Positions 60,062-64,000 of a DNA stretch of 64,000 nt are shown one piece after another. The DNA lies in NCBI GenBank assembly GCA_032718475.1, contig JAUCBJ010008603.1, positions 11,643 to 75,642 of the forward strand, in the 5' to 3' direction. Every line of letters begins with the position of its first letter. The first letter of the stretch is position 1. A program made the position numbers and the translations under genes. Origin of the DNA: Nemertoderma westbladi. Taxonomy: Eukaryota > Animalia > Xenacoelomorpha. The notes under the pieces are model-generated. The model worked only from the letters and a program-made list of their open reading frames with translations, was not told where the DNA came from and did no database searches.

Positions 60062-60832
60062 ACAACGTTTTCGCGCACCATCCCTATTGGCATCGAACAG
60101 AAGTTAGTGATGTTCCAGAATAATTGAATCAACTGGACAATAAACTGCTGTTCAATGGGAAAGTAATAACATTTACTCGGACTTGTAGCACATTGATTGC
60201 TATACATATCGACTAGGTCGCTAAATCAAAATTTTAAATATAAAAATTGCTCGATATATTAAGAGATGCAAAAAAGAATACTTACATTTCAAGGAAATTC
60301 AAAAATTTCCACTAAAAAGAAAAATTGACTTCTTTAGGGTATTAGCAAGAAAATATGGGCTAAAGCTTTGCCGAGACAGACTGGAATATGAGAATACGGG
60401 AGAATAACACAAATATTACCCGCGAAAAAGTAAATAAAAATAATAAGATTATTGAATGAATTTATTGACAAACATAAAGGGACAGAACACATCATTACTA
60501 AATTAAACAACATCGATTGGGATATTCAATGTGTAAGCAGACAAATTGTATTGCATTTCACACGATTTTAAAGAAAAAAACCTTTTTAAAGAAATTGCTA
60601 GGTCCAATCAATGCCTCCTCACTTTATCACATAATCTTAAGGGATAAAGAACTCTAGTGAAATGCATCCTATCAAACACTATAATATTTTAGACAAAGAC
60701 GTGGTGCAATCTTATAAAGCTTTTAGAGCCGATCGCCAGAAACACTTTATTAATGAAGGTTCCATCCGAGGCCCAGCATCTACCGAGGCATCTACCACCT
60801 GGAGATCGGCCGGCCAAAGGAACCGCCACGTG

Positions 60833-61317
60833 CTCTGTCGGACGACAGCGAACGGGTTCCACCATAAACTCTGTCGGACGACAGCGCACGGGTTCCACCA
60901 TAAACTCTGTCGGACGACAGCGCACGGGTTCCACCATAAACTCTGTCGGACGACAGCGCACGGGTTCCATAAATAAACTCTGTCGGACGACAGCGAACGG
61001 GTTCCACCATAAACTCTGTCGTACGACAGCGCACGGGTTCCACCATAAACTCTGTCGTACGACAGCGCACGGGTTCCACCATAAACTCTGTCGTACGACA
61101 GCGAACGGGTTCCACCATAAACTCTGTCGTACGACAGCGCACGGGTTCCACCATAAACTCTGTCGTACGACAGCGCACGGGTTCCACCATAAACTCTGTC
61201 GGACGACAGCGCACGGGTTCCACCATAAACTCTGTCGTACGACAGCGCACGGGTTCCACCATAAACTCTGTCGGAGGACAGCGCAAGGGTTCCACCATAA
61301 ACTCTGTCGGACGACAG
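60833..61317. repeat. 36-bp minisatellite with an internal palindrome, ~13 copies
   Basis: Unit ctctgtcg(g/t)acgacagcgcacgggttccaccataaa. Confidence 0.92.
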
Positions 61318-61333
61318 TAGTAGGGTCTTGGGC

Positions 61334-61599
61334 GGCTCTGTGACACTTGGACCGCACTGACACCCATTCGGTGTCATATGACACCCAATTATCACCCTAT
61401 GGGTGTCATTGGCGCCAGACTCTCTGAGTGACACCTCCCAATTAGACTAATTAGACCCTAATTGACAGGTGTCATCAATTAATTAGTACAATTAAACCCT
61501 AATAGGTGTCTTACGACTCCTAATTAGGGTTTAATTGATTATCCTAATTAATCAATCCGATACGCAATGGTGTCAGTGTGGTCCAACTGTCACAGAGCC
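61334..61599. mobile_element. Short MITE-like element with ~31-bp inverted repeats and repeated tgacac/gtgtca motifs
   Basis: ggctctgtgacacttggaccgcactgacacc pairs with ggtgtcagtgtggtccaactgtcacagagcc. Confidence 0.65.
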
Positions 61600-62679
61600 G
61601 GCGCAAGAGGGTGTCATAAGTGACACCGCAGCTCTTTTATTTATTAATTCTTATTTATTTGTATTTAATTTTAATTAATTATTTGTATTTAATTTTACTT
61701 TATTTATTTATATTTAATTTTAAATTAATTATTTATTTGTACTTTATTTTAAATTAATTAATTGTATTACTTTTACTTTATACATTGATTTCTATTTTTA
61801 GTTTAATTAGTTTTTATATTACTTACCGCTACTAAATGAGATCATTATTGGAAGCATCTAACCATAGACTTGCAGCCTTATTTAGCCCTAGGGTATACAG
61901 CTCCCCTACTGGTAACTATTTTGGAGTTAATGTTAGCGAAGGGCCTAAACTTAAGACAAGCTATCGCCTAGGTTACCAGTTACGCATGAATGAGCAATTT
62001 ATCGGGGCCCCTCTTAAAATTCTTTGTGCTGCGTCAGGATTGCCTCATTTAAGGAAGCCGCATCCCTATCGATAATCTAATTATGGTATCGCTAACCATT
62101 TTCAGTATACTGTATAATTAAATAGGGCCCTCTTTTAATACATAAGTTTATATATATACAGTTTATCTTCAATTTAATTTGTTTTTATTTACAACCCTAA
62201 TTGTTCTACTGTATTATAATTTATGTTTTATAATAACAAGCTATATCCGGTTAATCTGTATTAATTTTCTTTGTACTGAGGTTATCGAGGGCGCTGTTTC
62301 CAATGGTCCTATTCTCAAAACGATCTAACCTACTGTATAATTAATTACTTAAGACTGCGAGGTATGCGTAATTAACAAATCTTGTTTACCAGTTTTCCTT
62401 AAAAACTTTGAAGCCATATTGCTTAAGAGTTCTGAGGGGCGAGCCACGAGGCAAGATGTTTGAGACTTATTTAGATATATTATTACTTAATTTTGACCCC
62501 CCAGTCGGTATCTATTACAATATGGGCTATATCTTTTGCAGAGTCACAGAGTAGTCTGAAGTTCCCCAGTCTGCCGCTAGAGGGCGAAATGTCTCAAAGT
62601 GAAAACCATATAGTAGCCATGAATTGGTTACTAGGCAATAATACTGCATTTTGCAAAGTTAGGCCTATTGCTGACCGAA

Positions 62680-62762
62680 CGAAAACTGCCCTGGTTCATG
62701 CAGGGATCGAACCCATGACATACGGGAGATGTGAATTCAATGCAACCACTACACCAAGGTGG
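62680..62762 (-). mobile_element. tRNA-derived SINE head, second copy
   Basis: Similar to 3591-3673, with A and B boxes on the minus strand. Confidence 0.75.
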
Positions 62763-62828
62763 AACAGTAACCTTCGAATTTGTTCGTTGCCGTTCGAATT
62801 TGTAAGACTCTCATTTAAGATCTGACAC

Positions 62829-64000
62829 AGACTATGCCTCACTGAGGCATAGACTATGCCCACTCACTGAGGCATAGACTATGCCTCACTGAGGCACTGA
62901 GGCATAGACTATGCCTCACTGAGGCATAGACTATGCCTCACTGAGGCATAGACTATGCCTCACTGAGGCATAGACTATGCTCCTCACTGAGGCATAGACT
63001 ATGACTCACTGAGGCATAGACTATGCCTCACTGAGGCACTTAGGCATAACTATGCCTCACTGAGGCATAGACTATGCCTCACTGAGGCACTGAGGCATAG
63101 ACTATGCCTCACTGAGGCACTGAGGCATAGACTATGCCTCACTGAGGCATAGTCTATGCCTCACTGAGTCATAGCACTATGCCTCATGGGCATAGCTATG
63201 CCTCATGCTGGGCATGAGGCATAGCTATGCCTCACTGAGGCAGTCAGCCTAGTGCTATGAAAGACTATGCCTCTAGAGGCATTGAATCTCACTAGCTCTA
63301 TAGACATGACTCATGAGCATAGACTATGCCTCACTGAGGCATAGACTATGCCTCACTGAGGCACTGAGGCATAGACTATGCCTCACTGAGGCATAGACTA
63401 TGACTCACTGAGGCATATACTATGCCTCAATGAGGCATAGTCTATGCCTCACTGAGGCACTGAGGCATAGTCTATGCCTCAGTGCCTCAGTGAGGCATAG
63501 ACTATGCCTCACTGAGGCATAGTACTATGCCTCACTGAGGCATAGTACTATGCCTCACTGAGGCATAGTACTATGCCTCACGAGGCATAGACTATGCCTC
63601 ACTGAGGCATAGACTATGCCTCACTGAGGCATAGTCTATGCCTCACTGAGGCACTGAGGCATAGACTATGCCTCACTGAGGCATAGACTATGCCTCACTG
63701 AGGCACAGTGAGGCATAGACTATGCCTCACTGAGGCATAGTCTATGCCTCAGTGAGGCATAGTCTAGCTTGCCTCAGTGAGGCATAGTCTATGCCTCAGT
63801 GAGGCATAGTCTATGCCTCAGTGCCTCATTGAGGCATAGTCTATGCCTCAGTGAGGCATAGTCTATGCCTCATCAGTGAGGCATAGTCTATGCCTCATGC
63901 CTCAGTGAGGCATAGTACTATGCCTCAGCTGAGGCATAGACTATGCACTCACTGAGGCATAGACTATGCCTCATCTGAGGCATAGACTATGCCTCATGAG
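62829..64000. repeat. 22-bp palindromic satellite running off the window end
   Basis: Unit gactatgcctcactgaggcata, with the inverted repeat tatgcctca-c-tgaggcata. Orientation switches after ~63700. Confidence 0.92.

Noticed and set aside
60100-60760. Possible decayed LINE coding remnant
   Set aside because: Only vague peptide similarity with many stops; not assignable by eye.

Overview
Animal (invertebrate-type) genomic DNA with spliceosomal GT-AG introns. It holds the last six exons of an oxysterol-binding protein gene (OSBP, +, 923-10044), a complete six-exon single-domain secreted angiotensin-converting enzyme gene (ACE, -, 31099-13402, 614 aa), one internal exon of a vesicular amine transporter (VMAT/SLC18A, -, 54550-54268), a 14.5-kb BEL/Pao LTR retrotransposon (37287-51760) carrying an extra DEDDy-exonuclease/zinc-knuckle ORF, three RTE-type LINE pieces, two tRNA-derived SINE heads, several foldback/MITE-like elements and many tandem arrays. 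The most striking pattern is that the large tandem arrays are amplified splice junctions. Four arrays in three unrelated genes have a unit made of the exon's 3' end plus its GT donor (about 38 to 480 copies), and each starts at the real junction. Two more arrays have units shaped like 3' splice sites. An RTE insertion has also duplicated an exon/donor junction.
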